From contig JAZNDN010000002.1 in assembly GCA_045588085.1 (NCBI GenBank), forward strand, positions 1 to 59,451: DNA of 59,451 nucleotides, given 5' to 3'. Below are positions 21,175-32,026 of the stretch, in pieces (positions within the stretch are counted from its first letter, which is position 1; each line of letters opens with the position of its first letter). This DNA comes from Eubacteriales bacterium. Lineage in GTDB: Bacteria > Bacillota > Clostridia > Oscillospirales > CAG-272. The translations under genes were made by a program, and so were the position numbers. A model generated the notes under the pieces. It was not told the DNA's origin. It saw nothing but the letters and a program-made list of their open reading frames with translations, and ran no database searches.

Positions 21175-21375
21175 ATGGCTGAAAAGAATGAAAGCATATA
21201 CGACATAGCGTTCAAAAGACGCGCGGCGAGAATATCCGAGCTTGAAAACAGATGCAGAGAGCTTGAGGATGACACCGAATACGCCGTTCGCGAATACGTA
21301 AAGGCTGGCGGTGACAAAAAGCTCCGCGCAAAGAAAAAGCCCGCTTATACTACGGCGCTTGACGGTTTGAGGTAA
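21175..21375 (+). CDS. Small hypothetical protein (66 aa)
   Basis: SD GAAAGGA; short coiled-coil RISELENRCRELE; co-oriented with neighbours. Confidence 0.6.
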   Translation: MAEKNESIYDIAFKRRAARISELENRCRELEDDTEYAVREYVKAGGDKKLRAKKKPAYTTALDGLR

Positions 21376-21412
21376 AACTTTAACAAAAATTTATATTTAT
21401 TTGAGGTAAGTA

Positions 21413-21441
21413 TTGATTTTTGTAAAAGTATGTGTTATAAT
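21413..21441 (+). promoter_or_regulatory. Sigma-A promoter of the rimP-nusA-infB operon
   Basis: TTGATT-17 nt-TATAAT with TGn. Confidence 0.75.
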
Positions 21442-21466
21442 ACATACAAGATTAATATGGTATAAG

Positions 21467-21492
21467 GAAGAGTGGCTTGCGGGTCACTCTTC
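21467..21492 (+). promoter_or_regulatory. rimP leader hairpin
   Basis: GAAGAGTGGC-loop-GTCACTCTTC, resembling the GAGTGG...CACTC hairpin seen in rimP leaders. Confidence 0.6.
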
Positions 21493-21608
21493 ATTTATTG
21501 TCTTGCGAAGATGATTTCCGAGTGCGGCAAAGCAAACCGATTTATATGAAAAACGCCTTAGCGGGAGCACCGCGGAGCGCATTGCTATACGCGGTTATGG
21601 GAGGTATT

Positions 21609-22070
21609 ATGAATAAAAGCATTAAAGACACGGTAAAAGAGGCAATTCTTCCGACTGTCACCGAGCTCGGTTACAGAATATGGGATATTACCTTTTCCAA
21701 GATAGGCGCGGACTATCATCTTGAAATAACAATCGACTCCGACAAAGGAATTGAGATTGACGACTGCGAAAAGGTGCACCGTGCCATTGACCCGATTATC
21801 GACGAGTGCAATCCTTACGACGATTTCTATTATCTTGAGGTATCCTCCCCCGGAGTTGAGCGTGAGCTGCGAACCGACGAGCATATCCTTTCATCACTCG
21901 GAGAGCGCGTCGAGGCTAAGCTTTTCACGGCAAAGGACGGAACGAAGGCCGTTTGCGGAAGACTCGCATCCTTTGAGGACGGTGAGCTCACCATTGATAC
22001 CGACGGCGGCAGTATTTCGCTTAAAAGAAGCGATATTTCGAAGCTGAAAACCCTCTTTTTCGAGGACTGA
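21609..22070 (+). CDS. rimP: Ribosome maturation factor RimP
   Basis: IDSDKGIEIDDCE, YYLEVSSPGVERELR; SD GGAGG before ATG 21609; first gene of the nusA operon. Confidence 0.95.
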   Translation: MNKSIKDTVKEAILPTVTELGYRIWDITFSKIGADYHLEITIDSDKGIEIDDCEKVHRAIDPIIDECNPYDDFYYLEVSSPGVERELRTDEHILSSLGERVEAKLFTAKDGTKAVCGRLASFEDGELTIDTDGGSISLKRSDISKLKTLFFED

Positions 22071-22130
22071 ATGAAAATAATAAAATAATTAATATAATTT
22101 CTGAATAAAAAAGCGAGGTAAAACGAAAAA

Positions 22131-23162
22131 ATGAACGTAGATTTCTTCAACGCCCTTGAGCTTATAGAAAAGGAAAAGGGCATCCCCAAGGATTATATGA
22201 TTGCAAAAATCGAAGCCGCACTTGCAAACGCGTGCAGACGCGAGGTCGGCGCAACCACCGTTATCCGTGTTCAACTTGATTTCAATAAAAACGATTTCAA
22301 GGTGTTCTGGCAGAGAACCGTAGTTCCCGACGGCGAGGTTGAGGACCCCAAGTGCCAGATTTCTCTGTCTGATGCCAAAGCACTCAGCAGAAGGAATAAG
22401 CTTGGCGGAACCGTTGAGACCAAGCTTGACACCAAGAATTTCAGAAGACTTTCGGCTCAGGCCGGAAAGCAGATGATAATTCAGGCTATAAGAGATGCCG
22501 AGCGTGAAAGACAGACCAGAGAATACGAAGAAAAGCGCGAGGAGCTTATCACGGCTATCGTTGATAAGGTTGACAATTCGAACGGAAATCTTATTCTTGA
22601 CACCGGAACAGGATATGCAACACTTCTCAAGGGGGAGCAGATTCCCGGAGAAAGCTACGATGTCGGTGACAGAATCAAGGTATTCGTTTCCGAGGTTAAG
22701 AGCGGTGAGGTTCGCGGTCCCATAGTTACTCTTTCAAGAATCCACCCGAATTTTGTCAAGCGTCTTTTCGAGCTTGAGATTCCTGAAATTCAGGACGGAA
22801 CAATCGTTGTAAAGGGCGTTGCGAGAGAAGCAGGAAGCCGTACTAAAATAGCAGTTATGTCTAACGACGAGAACGTTGATGCGGTTGGTTCATGCATAGG
22901 TAAGAACGGAATGAGAATTTCAGCTATTCTTGCCGAGCTCGGAAACGAAAAGGTTGATATTATAAAGTACAGCGAAAACATCGCAGACTACGTTGCTGAA
23001 GCTCTTTCACCCGCTAAGGTTACCTCCGTCTTCATGGAAGACGAGCGTACATGTCGCGTTACCGTATCCCCCGACCAGCTTTCTTTGGCAATCGGTAAGG
23101 AAGGTCAGAACGCAAAGCTTGTTGCAAGACTTACCGGCTGTAAAATAGATATCAAGGCTTAA
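22131..23162 (+). CDS. nusA: Transcription factor NusA
   Basis: LFELEIPEI, AREAGSRTKIAV, VGSCIGKNG, LSLAIGKEGQN. Confidence 0.97.
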   Translation: MNVDFFNALELIEKEKGIPKDYMIAKIEAALANACRREVGATTVIRVQLDFNKNDFKVFWQRTVVPDGEVEDPKCQISLSDAKALSRRNKLGGTVETKLDTKNFRRLSAQAGKQMIIQAIRDAERERQTREYEEKREELITAIVDKVDNSNGNLILDTGTGYATLLKGEQIPGESYDVGDRIKVFVSEVKSGEVRGPIVTLSRIHPNFVKRLFELEIPEIQDGTIVVKGVAREAGSRTKIAVMSNDENVDAVGSCIGKNGMRISAILAELGNEKVDIIKYSENIADYVAEALSPAKVTSVFMEDERTCRVTVSPDQLSLAIGKEGQNAKLVARLTGCKIDIKA

Positions 23163-23166
23163 GTAT

Positions 23167-23442
23167 ATGGAAAACTCCAGAACGAAAAAGACGCCGACCA
23201 GAAGATGTACCGGCTGCGGCGAGCATTTTCCGAAAAACACGCTTATTCGCATAGTGAGAACACCCGAGGCACAAATCATGCTCGATGCGACGGGCAAGCT
23301 TAACGGCAGAGGCGCATATATTTGCAAAAGCGCCGCATGCTTAAAAAAGGCACGAAAAACCGCAAGGCTTGAGAGCTCACTTGACTGTAAAATTCCCGAT
23401 GAAGTTTACGAAAGACTCGAAGAGGAGCTTAACCGTGGCTGA
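23167..23442 (+). CDS. ylxR: YlxR/RnpM family RNA-binding protein
   Basis: PTRRCTGC...LIRIVR...GKLNGRGAYIC; position in operon. Confidence 0.92.
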   Translation: MENSRTKKTPTRRCTGCGEHFPKNTLIRIVRTPEAQIMLDATGKLNGRGAYICKSAACLKKARKTARLESSLDCKIPDEVYERLEEELNRG

Positions 23443-23773
23443 CGGACGCCGTCTGTTCGGCATGCTTGGCTTTGCCATGAGAGCGGGCAAGCTGATAATA
23501 GGAACCGAGCAGGTTGCCGTAGCGCTCAGAAAGCGCGGCTCTGTGAAGCTTGCGGTTTACACCGCATCGGCATCCGAGCCGTCAAAGAAAAGAATCCTCT
23601 CTAAATGCGAGTTTTACGGAGTCAAAGCGGTACAGATAAATATCTCGCCCGAAGAGCTTGGCGCGCATCTGGGCAAGTCATTCGCCCCTGTTTGCATAGG
23701 GGTTACAGATGAGGGCTTCGCCAAAGAGATTGCCGAGGCGGCGGGTGATGCGATAGAGGTATCGGTGGATTAA
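23435..23773 (+). CDS. ylxQ: L7Ae/YlxQ family RNA-binding protein
   Basis: LGFAMRAGKLIIG...ELGAHLGK...IGVTDEGFA; GTG start overlapping ylxR. Confidence 0.85.
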   Translation: MADGRRLFGMLGFAMRAGKLIIGTEQVAVALRKRGSVKLAVYTASASEPSKKRILSKCEFYGVKAVQINISPEELGAHLGKSFAPVCIGVTDEGFAKEIAEAAGDAIEVSVD

Positions 23774-23832
23774 TCTATCGCTGAAATTCAAACAGAGAAA
23801 GGATATTTCCGTATTGGAAATAGGTGATTTAT

Positions 23833-26679
23833 ATGGCATCAGGATCTATCAAGATTACTCAGCTTTCCAAGGATTTCAATATGAAATCAAAAGACGTGAC
23901 CGAGCTTTTTGCAAGCGAGCTTAAGATAGACAAAAAGTCCGGAGGAACGGTTGATGCGGAAGAGTTTGAGCTCTTTATGCAGAAAATCACGCTGAAGCAT
24001 CAGATTAAAAATATAATATCTTATATATCGGGTGAAGCAACTATTGCTTGCGTAAGACAGGAGCCAAAGAAAAAATCAGAGCCCAAATCAGAGGTCAAAA
24101 CCGAGGTTAAGGCAGAGGTTCAGCCTGAGGTTAAGGCTGAAGTGAAGTCAGAGGCTAAGGCAGAGCCTAAGCCTGCCGCAAAGCAGGCGGCAACGGGAGA
24201 GGTACATAAGGCTCCCGCGGCAAAGGTTCCCGAAAGAAAGCCCCAGCAGGACAGAGCTTATTCCGACAGACCTCAGCAGCAAAGACCCGACAGAGCACGC
24301 GACCAGCGTCCCTCATACCAGAGATATAACGATTCGACAAGCTTCGACCCGTTTGCAAGAAAGCGCGAGGCTATGAACAGAAATGCCGAGGGCATAAGAC
24401 GTCCTCAGCCCAACGCTAAGGCTCCCGAGCCGGCAGCGAAAAAGCCGGCACCTCAGCCTCAGGCACCTGCTGCAGCCGCACCCTCCGCGGCAAGGCCAGC
24501 TCAGCTTGCCGCCCTTGAAAAGCAGAAGCAGGCAGAGCAGGCAAAGGTAGCTCCCGCAGCTCCCAAGGCTCCCGAGAAAAAGCACGAGCGCAAGGAGGAA
24601 AAGCGCGCTCAGAAGCAGCAGTTCAAGACTATCACGCCCACAGCACCCAGAACCGATATCAAGGGCGGTGTTAACATTTCCTCGGAATATGACAGTGCGG
24701 CTCCTAAGACCCGTGTTGTAGATATGCGCACCTCCGACGTCAATCTTTCCAAGTACGACGACAGATACAACGACCAATTCTACGCGATTGCTAACGGAAC
24801 CGATACAAAGGCACAGAAGCAGAAGCTCAAGAAGCAGGACAACCGCGGTCAGAACCAGAAGAGCGCTAAGGATAAGGAAAGAGCGGCTCAGGAAAAAATC
24901 AAACGACTTGAGGCTGAAAAGGCAAGAAAGAAGCAGCTTGAAATTGAGGTTCCTGACGAAATCAGTGTCGGCGAGCTTGCAATAAGACTAAAGAAAACCT
25001 CTGCCGAGGTTATCAAGAAGCTTCTTATGATGGGAGAAATGAAAACCATCAACGACGTCGTTGATTATGCGACGGCAGAGCTCATAGCAGATGAGTTCGG
25101 TGCAAAGGTTTCGAAGGAAATTATAATTACCAAAGAAGAGCGTCTGTTCACCGAAGCTGAGGATAACGAGAGTGACCTTATTGAACGTGCTCCCGTAGTT
25201 TGTGTTATGGGACACGTCGACCACGGTAAGACCTCTATACTCGACGCTATAAGACACACCAACGTAACTCGCGGCGAGGCAGGCGGAATTACTCAGGCTA
25301 TCGGTGCTTACAGAGTTAAGGCGCAGGGCAAGGATATCACCTTCCTTGACACTCCCGGTCACGAAGCGTTCACCGCTATGCGTATGAGAGGTGCCAAGTC
25401 CACGGATATCGCAATTCTCGTAGTTGCGGCAGATGACGGTGTTATGCCTCAGACCGTTGAAGCTATAAACCACGCAAAAGCCGCAGGCATTGACATTATC
25501 GTTGCTATAAACAAAATGGATAAACCGCAGGCGAATCCCGACAACGTTCTCAATCAGCTCACACAGTACGAGCTCGTTCCTGAGGAATGGGGAGGCGACG
25601 TTATCTGCGTTCCCGTATCGGCGCATACCGGAATGGGAATAGACCAGCTTCTTGAAAGCGTCCTTCTCGTTGCAGAGGTCAAGGAGCTCAAAGCCAATCC
25701 CACAAGACGCGCAAGAGGTCTTGTTATAGAATCCAGACTCGACAAGGGTCGCGGTCCCGTTGCTACCGTACTGGTTCAGAACGGTACACTTCATCAGGGC
25801 GATTACGTTATAGTCGGAAATGCAGTAGGACGTGTACGTGCAATGCTTGACGACAATGGCAAGCCCGCAAAGGTTGCAGGCCCCTCCGTTCCCGTTGAGA
25901 TAGTTGGTCTTGACGACGTTCCTCAGGCAGGTGACGAGCTCAATGCAGTTGAGGACGAGAGAATGGCTAAGGCGCTCGCAGAGGAGCGCCGCGAGAAGCA
26001 AAGACAGGAAATACTGAGTGCAAATGCGAGAGTTAACCTCGACGACCTGTTCAGTCAGATTTCCGAGGGTGCAAAGAGTCTGAACATTATTGTTAAGGCA
26101 GACGTAGCAGGTTCCGCAGAGGCTGTAAAGGCTTCTCTTATCAAGCTTTCGAATGAAGAGGTTAAGGTAAGCGTTATTCACAGCGCCGTCGGTGGAATTA
26201 CCGAGAGCGACGTTATGCTTGCAACCGCTTCCAACGCGATAATCGTCGGCTTCAACGTACGTCCCGACAAGAACGCTCTTGATTCTGCGGAGAGAAACGG
26301 CGTAGATATACGTACTCACAGAATCATTTACGAAATCATTGACGAGGTTGAGGCAGCCCTCAAGGGTATGCTCGCTCCTACCTACAAGGAGGTTATACTC
26401 GGTCATGCCGAGGTTCGTCAGACTATCAAGGTTCCCGGAGTCGGAGTTATTGCCGGATGCTATATCAAGGACGGTAAAATTACCCGTCAGTCCAGCATTC
26501 GTATAATCCGTGACGGTATCGTTATATTCGAGGATAAGATATCCTCCCTCAAGCGCTTCAAGGACGACGTTCGCGAGGTTGCCGAGGGATACGAATGCGG
26601 AGTTGGTATCGACAAGTTCAACGATATAAAGGAAAGCGATATCTTCGAAGCGTTTATAATGGAAGAAATCAAAGCTTAA
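23833..26679 (+). CDS. infB: Translation initiation factor IF-2
   Basis: [38 protein letters not shown]. Confidence 0.98.
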   Translation: MASGSIKITQLSKDFNMKSKDVTELFASELKIDKKSGGTVDAEEFELFMQKITLKHQIKNIISYISGEATIACVRQEPKKKSEPKSEVKTEVKAEVQPEVKAEVKSEAKAEPKPAAKQAATGEVHKAPAAKVPERKPQQDRAYSDRPQQQRPDRARDQRPSYQRYNDSTSFDPFARKREAMNRNAEGIRRPQPNAKAPEPAAKKPAPQPQAPAAAAPSAARPAQLAALEKQKQAEQAKVAPAAPKAPEKKHERKEEKRAQKQQFKTITPTAPRTDIKGGVNISSEYDSAAPKTRVVDMRTSDVNLSKYDDRYNDQFYAIANGTDTKAQKQKLKKQDNRGQNQKSAKDKERAAQEKIKRLEAEKARKKQLEIEVPDEISVGELAIRLKKTSAEVIKKLLMMGEMKTINDVVDYATAELIADEFGAKVSKEIIITKEERLFTEAEDNESDLIERAPVVCVMGHVDHGKTSILDAIRHTNVTRGEAGGITQAIGAYRVKAQGKDITFLDTPGHEAFTAMRMRGAKSTDIAILVVAADDGVMPQTVEAINHAKAAGIDIIVAINKMDKPQANPDNVLNQLTQYELVPEEWGGDVICVPVSAHTGMGIDQLLESVLLVAEVKELKANPTRRARGLVIESRLDKGRGPVATVLVQNGTLHQGDYVIVGNAVGRVRAMLDDNGKPAKVAGPSVPVEIVGLDDVPQAGDELNAVEDERMAKALAEERREKQRQEILSANARVNLDDLFSQISEGAKSLNIIVKADVAGSAEAVKASLIKLSNEEVKVSVIHSAVGGITESDVMLATASNAIIVGFNVRPDKNALDSAERNGVDIRTHRIIYEIIDEVEAALKGMLAPTYKEVILGHAEVRQTIKVPGVGVIAGCYIKDGKITRQSSIRIIRDGIVIFEDKISSLKRFKDDVREVAEGYECGVGIDKFNDIKESDIFEAFIMEEIKA

Positions 26680-26703
26680 GCAATTTGTTTCTTAACAAAA
26701 AGC

Positions 26704-26752
26704 AAAACAGCGAATATTGCAAATCAAAGTTTGCAATATTCGCTGTTTTTTA
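26704..26752. terminator. Bidirectional terminator after infB
   Basis: AAAACAGCGAATATTGCAAA...TTTGCAATATTCGCTGTTTT. Confidence 0.85.
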
Positions 26753-26829
26753 TTAAAACTCAGCCTGATAATATAAAACGCAGCAATCCTCGCGCAAGCC
26801 AAAATCAGCACCGTTAGTTTGCGATATGC

Positions 26830-27780
26830 TCAGTCTTCGGATTTTCCGTCAAGATACCTTATGTAATTGAATATATACTGCTGCGCAACGCCCGCATAGG
26901 CTCCGAGCGTTGCGGGATTCAGATTTCCTGCGAAATACTTATCTATGGCGCGCTTCATCCATACGTCTATCGGGAATGCATCAAGATTTCCAAAGCCGAA
27001 AAGTGCCGCACAAGAAGCAACCTTATCGCCTATTCCCTTTATTTGTTTGAGGCACTGCACGGTATGAGAGTAAGACCTTGCCGCAGCTATCATTTCAAGC
27101 GAGATTTCACCAAGGGCAACCTTCCTTGCCGCATCCAAAAGATACTTATATCGGAATCCGGGCTTTGAGGGAAGCATCTTCTGCGGCTCACAGGCTACGT
27201 CTTCTGCCCTTGGGAAGCTATAACACTTACCGCAGCTCTTGCAGTTTTCTTGACACGGGGCGCCATCTACAAGCCCAAGCGGACATTTTTCACGTCGTCC
27301 CTCGGCAAGATTTGAACCGTACGCCGCCGAAAGCTCGGCTATTATTTTCCTTATTCTCGGTATGTTATTGTTCTGTGATACTATAAATGAAAATACGCTC
27401 TCCCAAGGCTCCGCTTTAAGTATTGCGATTCCTCCCGAGTGAGAAGCAGCGGCTCGAAGCCAGTCGGAGTCGGTTCTTTTAACTATATCGCTTCTGATTT
27501 TTCCAAAATCGGTATCCAAAGAAAAGTAAGGCCGTACCACTCTTTCAAAATCGGCATCGGTTACTTCAAAAAAGATTAGCTCGCCTCGTCTTCTCTGCCC
27601 TACCGACACAAGAATATCCGACACGGGTATTACGTATTCAATATATCCCTCTCTTTTTTCCACGAGCTGATGACGGAAGCATTGCCCGCATTCCAGAGTT
27701 TGCTCAAGGTCGTATTCAAACAACGCCTCCACCACCGTGGCACGTCGTCCGAAAACCGACTCTTCTTTTTTCGAAAACAT
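26830..27780 (-). CDS. 8-oxoguanine DNA glycosylase (OGG1-type HhH-GPD)
   Basis: LEQTLECGQCFR, SFIVSQNNNIPRI, IKGIGDKVA, AFPIDVW, YAGVAQQYIF. Confidence 0.88.
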   Translation of the reverse strand: MFSKKEESVFGRRATVVEALFEYDLEQTLECGQCFRHQLVEKREGYIEYVIPVSDILVSVGQRRRGELIFFEVTDADFERVVRPYFSLDTDFGKIRSDIVKRTDSDWLRAAASHSGGIAILKAEPWESVFSFIVSQNNNIPRIRKIIAELSAAYGSNLAEGRREKCPLGLVDGAPCQENCKSCGKCYSFPRAEDVACEPQKMLPSKPGFRYKYLLDAARKVALGEISLEMIAAARSYSHTVQCLKQIKGIGDKVASCAALFGFGNLDAFPIDVWMKRAIDKYFAGNLNPATLGAYAGVAQQYIFNYIRYLDGKSED

Positions 27781-27943
27781 TACTATCTCCTCTTGAAAAT
27801 CGAAAAAGTATAGTGTATAATATTGTTGTACAGCTATATTTAATTATATTTTAACACACGCGAGCGCGTTTTTCAAGTGTGTGGCGAAATTTGTCGCGCA
27901 CATAACGCGCCGTTGCCAATTCATACGCAAAGGACGTGCTATT

Positions 27944-28648
27944 TTGGAACAGATTTTTACAATCCCGGTCAATGAAGAATTTGATATATGCCGCGAGAAA
28001 AAGGAATGCGGCTGTCCCATATGCAGACTCTACCGCAGGCTGCAAAGAGACGAGCTTGACATTATTCTCGGTGCATCTATGATGGAGCCCGATATCCGAA
28101 TACGGACGAACGAGCTCGGATTCTGCACGAAGCATTACGACATGATGCTGACGAGAAAGAGAATGCTTGGTATGGGTCTTATACTTGAGAGCCATCTTGC
28201 CGAGGTTGAAAAGAAGATTGCGGCACGCTCTTTGTTCAAGGACCCCTCGGCTCCAAGCATATCGGCAATAGGAAAGCTCAACGACGACTGCTACGTATGC
28301 ACGAGGATAAAGAAAAATCTTGATGCAATGATATCAACGGTCGTTTATCTTTACGAAACCGACGACGATTTCAAAGTAAAGTTCCGCGAGCAGCCTTATT
28401 TCTGTCTGCCTCATTATGAGAGCATGATTTCATACGCTTCAAAGAAAATGCGCGGTAAGCTTTTCCGTGAGTTCTTCGACGTAGCTCAGGGAATTGAGAA
28501 GGAATACATAAAAACGCTCAAGGGCGACGTGAGCTGGTTCTGCAAGAAATTCGATTTCAATTACGAAGAGGAGCCTTGGTACAACAGCAAGGACTCCGTT
28601 CAGCGTTCTATAAAATTCCTGTGTGGCTTTATGAGCGACGAGGACTGA
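27944..28648 (+). CDS. Conserved Cys/His-rich protein (DUF6062-like)
   Basis: EQIFTIPVNE...CPIC, GFCTKH, CYVC, FCLPH, WFCKKFD; TTG start 27944. Confidence 0.7.
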   Translation: MEQIFTIPVNEEFDICREKKECGCPICRLYRRLQRDELDIILGASMMEPDIRIRTNELGFCTKHYDMMLTRKRMLGMGLILESHLAEVEKKIAARSLFKDPSAPSISAIGKLNDDCYVCTRIKKNLDAMISTVVYLYETDDDFKVKFREQPYFCLPHYESMISYASKKMRGKLFREFFDVAQGIEKEYIKTLKGDVSWFCKKFDFNYEEEPWYNSKDSVQRSIKFLCGFMSDED

Positions 28649-28678
28649 TTCAGTATAAGAAAGGTCAGGTAACGGCTA

Positions 28679-30994
28679 ATGATTATAAAGCAAATCAACA
28701 TTAAGAGCTTCGGTCAGCTCAATAACATGACTTTGGATTTCTCCTCCGGAGCCAACGTGGTTGAGGGCCAAAATGAAGCGGGAAAAAGCACCATCGCCGC
28801 TTTCATAAAGTATATGCTTTACGGCTTCGATACAAAGGAAACACCCGGAGAACTCAGCGAGCGCAGACGCCGCATAAGCTGGAAGAGCGGTGTTGCCGAG
28901 GGCTCGATGAACGTTGTCGTCAAGGGCAAGGAATATCTTATCATACGTTCGACAGTTCCATCAGGAAACGGTGAACGCGTAAGCTACAAGGAGGATTCCT
29001 CCATAATAGACCTTGAAAGCGGAACCCCCGCCTTTGGCAAGGTCCCTGCCGGTGAGGTGTTCTTCGGTGTTGACAGAGAGCTGTTCGAAACGACGGCTTT
29101 CGTAGGTCAGCTTAACGAAACCGAAATAAACGGCGGCACCGTCGTTGAATCCATTGAGAACATTCTGTTTTCCGCAAGCGAGAAAATCAACACTCAGCGT
29201 GCATCCAACCGCATTGCAGAAAAGATGGAAACCCTGCTTCACCCCGGCAAGACCGGCGGAGCTATAATCGACCTTATGAAAAAGCAGGACGAGCTGAGTG
29301 CGGAGCTTGAGCGAACCGACGAGGCAAACAAGCTTATACTTATCAAAGAAGCCGAGCTTCATGAAATCCGCAAAAAGCGCGAAGAGGCAGAGCAAAAGCG
29401 CGATGACCTGCTCGACCTCGACCTCTGCTACCGCAACTCAATGGTTATAGGAACCTTTGACAAGCTTCACGAGCTTGAAGAAGAGGCTATTGCAAAGGCG
29501 GAAATATATAACGACTTTATAAGAGCAAATACAAGATGCGACTTTGTTCCGTCGGGCGAATATCTGACCGACCTTTCGGTTGCGCGCCGCGCCATGACGG
29601 ACAGCTTCCAGCATCTTGAAGAAGCTGAGGAGCGCTACGGCAAGGAAAAGAATGCAATCGGTATAACTCACGAAATAGAAAGCGCAATAGCACTTTCGGA
29701 TACCTTGGGCAAGGAAGTTAAGGTAAGAGAAAAGTCCTCGCTTCACGCTTCCAACAAGATTAAATGCATTGCCGGCGGAATATTCGCCATACTCGTTTTC
29801 ATCGCATCCATAGTTTTTGAGATAGCCGGTGCCGCGCTTCCAATTCTTCCTAAGATTGCGGTTGCCGTGCTCGCCGTTATAGCTCTTTGCGGAGCCGGAG
29901 CGCTGGCTTATCTTTACGTTGGCGCTGACAGAGAGCAGACAGCACTTTGCAAGCTATTCGGCACCGAGAGCCGAGACGAGTTGCTTCGCAAGATTGACGT
30001 CATTGAAGAAGCAAGACTCAAGCGCGACACGATGATAGACAGCACCGAAAACGCAAGACTTGCTCTTGAGGCAGCGCGCGAAGAATATGAGCGCGCACGC
30101 GCAGAGCTTACCAGAACCGTTCTTCGCTGGGGTGAGGAGCCGCCGCTTTCCGACCTTGAAAGCTTCCTTGACTCCCTTGAGGCAAAGGTAAGAGATTTCC
30201 TTGAGCAAAAGCGCAAGCTCCGCGACGACAAGAACACAATAGAAATAACGGTTAAGGAAATAAGACGCTCGCTCAGCGACAAGAGCGAAATTGATATAAG
30301 AGCTCAGGTTTCTCCTCTTAAGAGAAAGGTTCTTGCCGAGATTAATCACGACGAGATAATTAACGGAATTGCGAATGCGCGTGCTGTCATTGATGAGCAG
30401 CAGAGATTGGCATTCAACGTAGAAAACGAGCTTGCAGAGCTCAAATACAGAGCAACCGACCCCGGTGAGCTTTACTCCAAAATACAGGCGCTTGAAACAA
30501 AGATAAACTTGCTTCGTGCAAAGCACAAGGCTTATTTCGTAGCACTCAGAGCTCTTGGCTCGGCATCAGAAAATCTCAGAGCCGAGATATCACCCAGAAT
30601 TGCAGAATATGCGAGCACGCTTCTTGAAATTATGACGGACGGAAAGTACACCGGTCTTGAGGTGGGCACCGATATGAGTCTCAGCTTCTGCGGTGAAGAC
30701 AGTGAGGCAAGAAGCATTGACTATCTTTCCGGAGGCACACGCGACCTTGCTTACGTTGCCGTGAGAATGGCGCTTATTGATATGCTTTATGCGGAAAATC
30801 CCCCGATTTGCTTTGACGAAACCTTTGCAAGTCAGGACAACAGACGCGCGGAATCCATGATGAAGGCAATAGGAAAACTCGCCACCGACGGTTATCAGTC
30901 ATTTATCTTCACCTGCCGTGCAAGAGAGGCTCAGCTTGCCTCGGAAAGAATTTCCGGCTCGGGAATATTCCGTCTTTCCTCGGGGCAGGAATAA
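28679..30994 (+). CDS. SMC/Rad50-like AAA ATPase (YhaN-like) with two central TM helices
   Basis: IKSFG, GQNEAGKST Walker A, coiled coils, LSGGTRD signature, CFDETF, IFTC. Confidence 0.8.
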   Translation: MIIKQINIKSFGQLNNMTLDFSSGANVVEGQNEAGKSTIAAFIKYMLYGFDTKETPGELSERRRRISWKSGVAEGSMNVVVKGKEYLIIRSTVPSGNGERVSYKEDSSIIDLESGTPAFGKVPAGEVFFGVDRELFETTAFVGQLNETEINGGTVVESIENILFSASEKINTQRASNRIAEKMETLLHPGKTGGAIIDLMKKQDELSAELERTDEANKLILIKEAELHEIRKKREEAEQKRDDLLDLDLCYRNSMVIGTFDKLHELEEEAIAKAEIYNDFIRANTRCDFVPSGEYLTDLSVARRAMTDSFQHLEEAEERYGKEKNAIGITHEIESAIALSDTLGKEVKVREKSSLHASNKIKCIAGGIFAILVFIASIVFEIAGAALPILPKIAVAVLAVIALCGAGALAYLYVGADREQTALCKLFGTESRDELLRKIDVIEEARLKRDTMIDSTENARLALEAAREEYERARAELTRTVLRWGEEPPLSDLESFLDSLEAKVRDFLEQKRKLRDDKNTIEITVKEIRRSLSDKSEIDIRAQVSPLKRKVLAEINHDEIINGIANARAVIDEQQRLAFNVENELAELKYRATDPGELYSKIQALETKINLLRAKHKAYFVALRALGSASENLRAEISPRIAEYASTLLEIMTDGKYTGLEVGTDMSLSFCGEDSEARSIDYLSGGTRDLAYVAVRMALIDMLYAENPPICFDETFASQDNRRAESMMKAIGKLATDGYQSFIFTCRAREAQLASERISGSGIFRLSSGQE

Positions 30995-31029
30995 GCATTT
31001 TTTAATCAACTCTACTGAGAGGTAACGAT

Positions 31030-31965
31030 ATGGCCAAAAAAATTCTGGTTGTCGGAAGCTCTAATATGGACCTTTCGATGAACCTTTTTAAAGTTCCCGA
31101 TGCAGGGCAGACGGTTATTGACGACGGCGGAGTCGCTTACACGCCCGGAGGCAAGGGCGCTAACTCGGCTGTTGCGCTTTCGAAGCTTGGCGCTCATACG
31201 GTATTCTGCTCAAAGCTGGGTGCCGACGTTCACGGGCAAAGACTTTTCAGCTTCTATAAGGATTCCGGAATAGACACCTCCTACATAAAGGTCGACCACG
31301 ACTATCCTACCGGATTTGCAGTAGTAATGAAAGAGGCTAGCGGAGAAAACCGCATCGTCGTTTATCCCGGTGCTAACAACAATTTGACCAACGACAATAT
31401 ACTCGACGCATTCTCCTCCAACCCCGACGCGCTCTACCTGGGATTTGAAATTCCCTTCTCCACCGCAGTCACAGCGGCGAAGATTGCCGCCTCGCGCGGT
31501 GTTCCGATATTCATTGATGCGGCTCCCGCTTCCGCTGATTATCCCTTGCAGAATCTGCCGCCTATTGAAATATTCTCTCCCAATGAAACCGAGACTATGG
31601 AATACACCGGCATAACGCCTGCAGGTGCCGAGTCCTCGCTCCGCGCGGCATACAGCATTTATTCCAAGGTTAAATGCAAGTACGTCGTTCTCAAGCTCGG
31701 AGCTCGCGGCGCATTCGTATTCAACGGAAAGCATTGCGATATGATTCCCGCATATAAGCCGGACAGACTCGTTGACACAACTGCCGCCGGAGACACGTTC
31801 ACCGCTGCTATGACACTCGAATATCTGCACAACGGCGGAAATATCATAGGAGCAGTCAATTACGGTGCGGCCGCAGCTGCAATAACCATTTCGCGCAAGG
31901 GTGCCTCCTCATCGGTTCCGTCTGCCGAAGAGGTCCGGAAATTTATGGAGACCCACAGAAACTGA
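31030..31965 (+). CDS. rbsK: Ribokinase
   Basis: VVGSSNMD, PGGKGANSAVA, PNETE, DTTAAGDTF. Confidence 0.88.
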   Translation: MAKKILVVGSSNMDLSMNLFKVPDAGQTVIDDGGVAYTPGGKGANSAVALSKLGAHTVFCSKLGADVHGQRLFSFYKDSGIDTSYIKVDHDYPTGFAVVMKEASGENRIVVYPGANNNLTNDNILDAFSSNPDALYLGFEIPFSTAVTAAKIAASRGVPIFIDAAPASADYPLQNLPPIEIFSPNETETMEYTGITPAGAESSLRAAYSIYSKVKCKYVVLKLGARGAFVFNGKHCDMIPAYKPDRLVDTTAAGDTFTAAMTLEYLHNGGNIIGAVNYGAAAAAITISRKGASSSVPSAEEVRKFMETHRN

Positions 31966-32026
31966 TGCATTATTTCAAAGCTTTGCGCACATAGAACAGT
32001 GAAATCAAGGAAAGGAACGGAATAGT

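Noticed and set aside
24060-24180. Short KSEP/KAEV repeats in infB
   Set aside because: Ordinary low-complexity IF-2 N-terminal linker.
24988-26406. 472-aa minus-strand ORF
   Set aside because: Antisense shadow of infB produced by codon bias.
28659-28669. GAAAGGTCAGG shared upstream of the AAA ATPase, recA (35384) and thiT
   Set aside because: Most simply an SD variant pairing with the Bacillota 16S 3' end; the genes are functionally unrelated.
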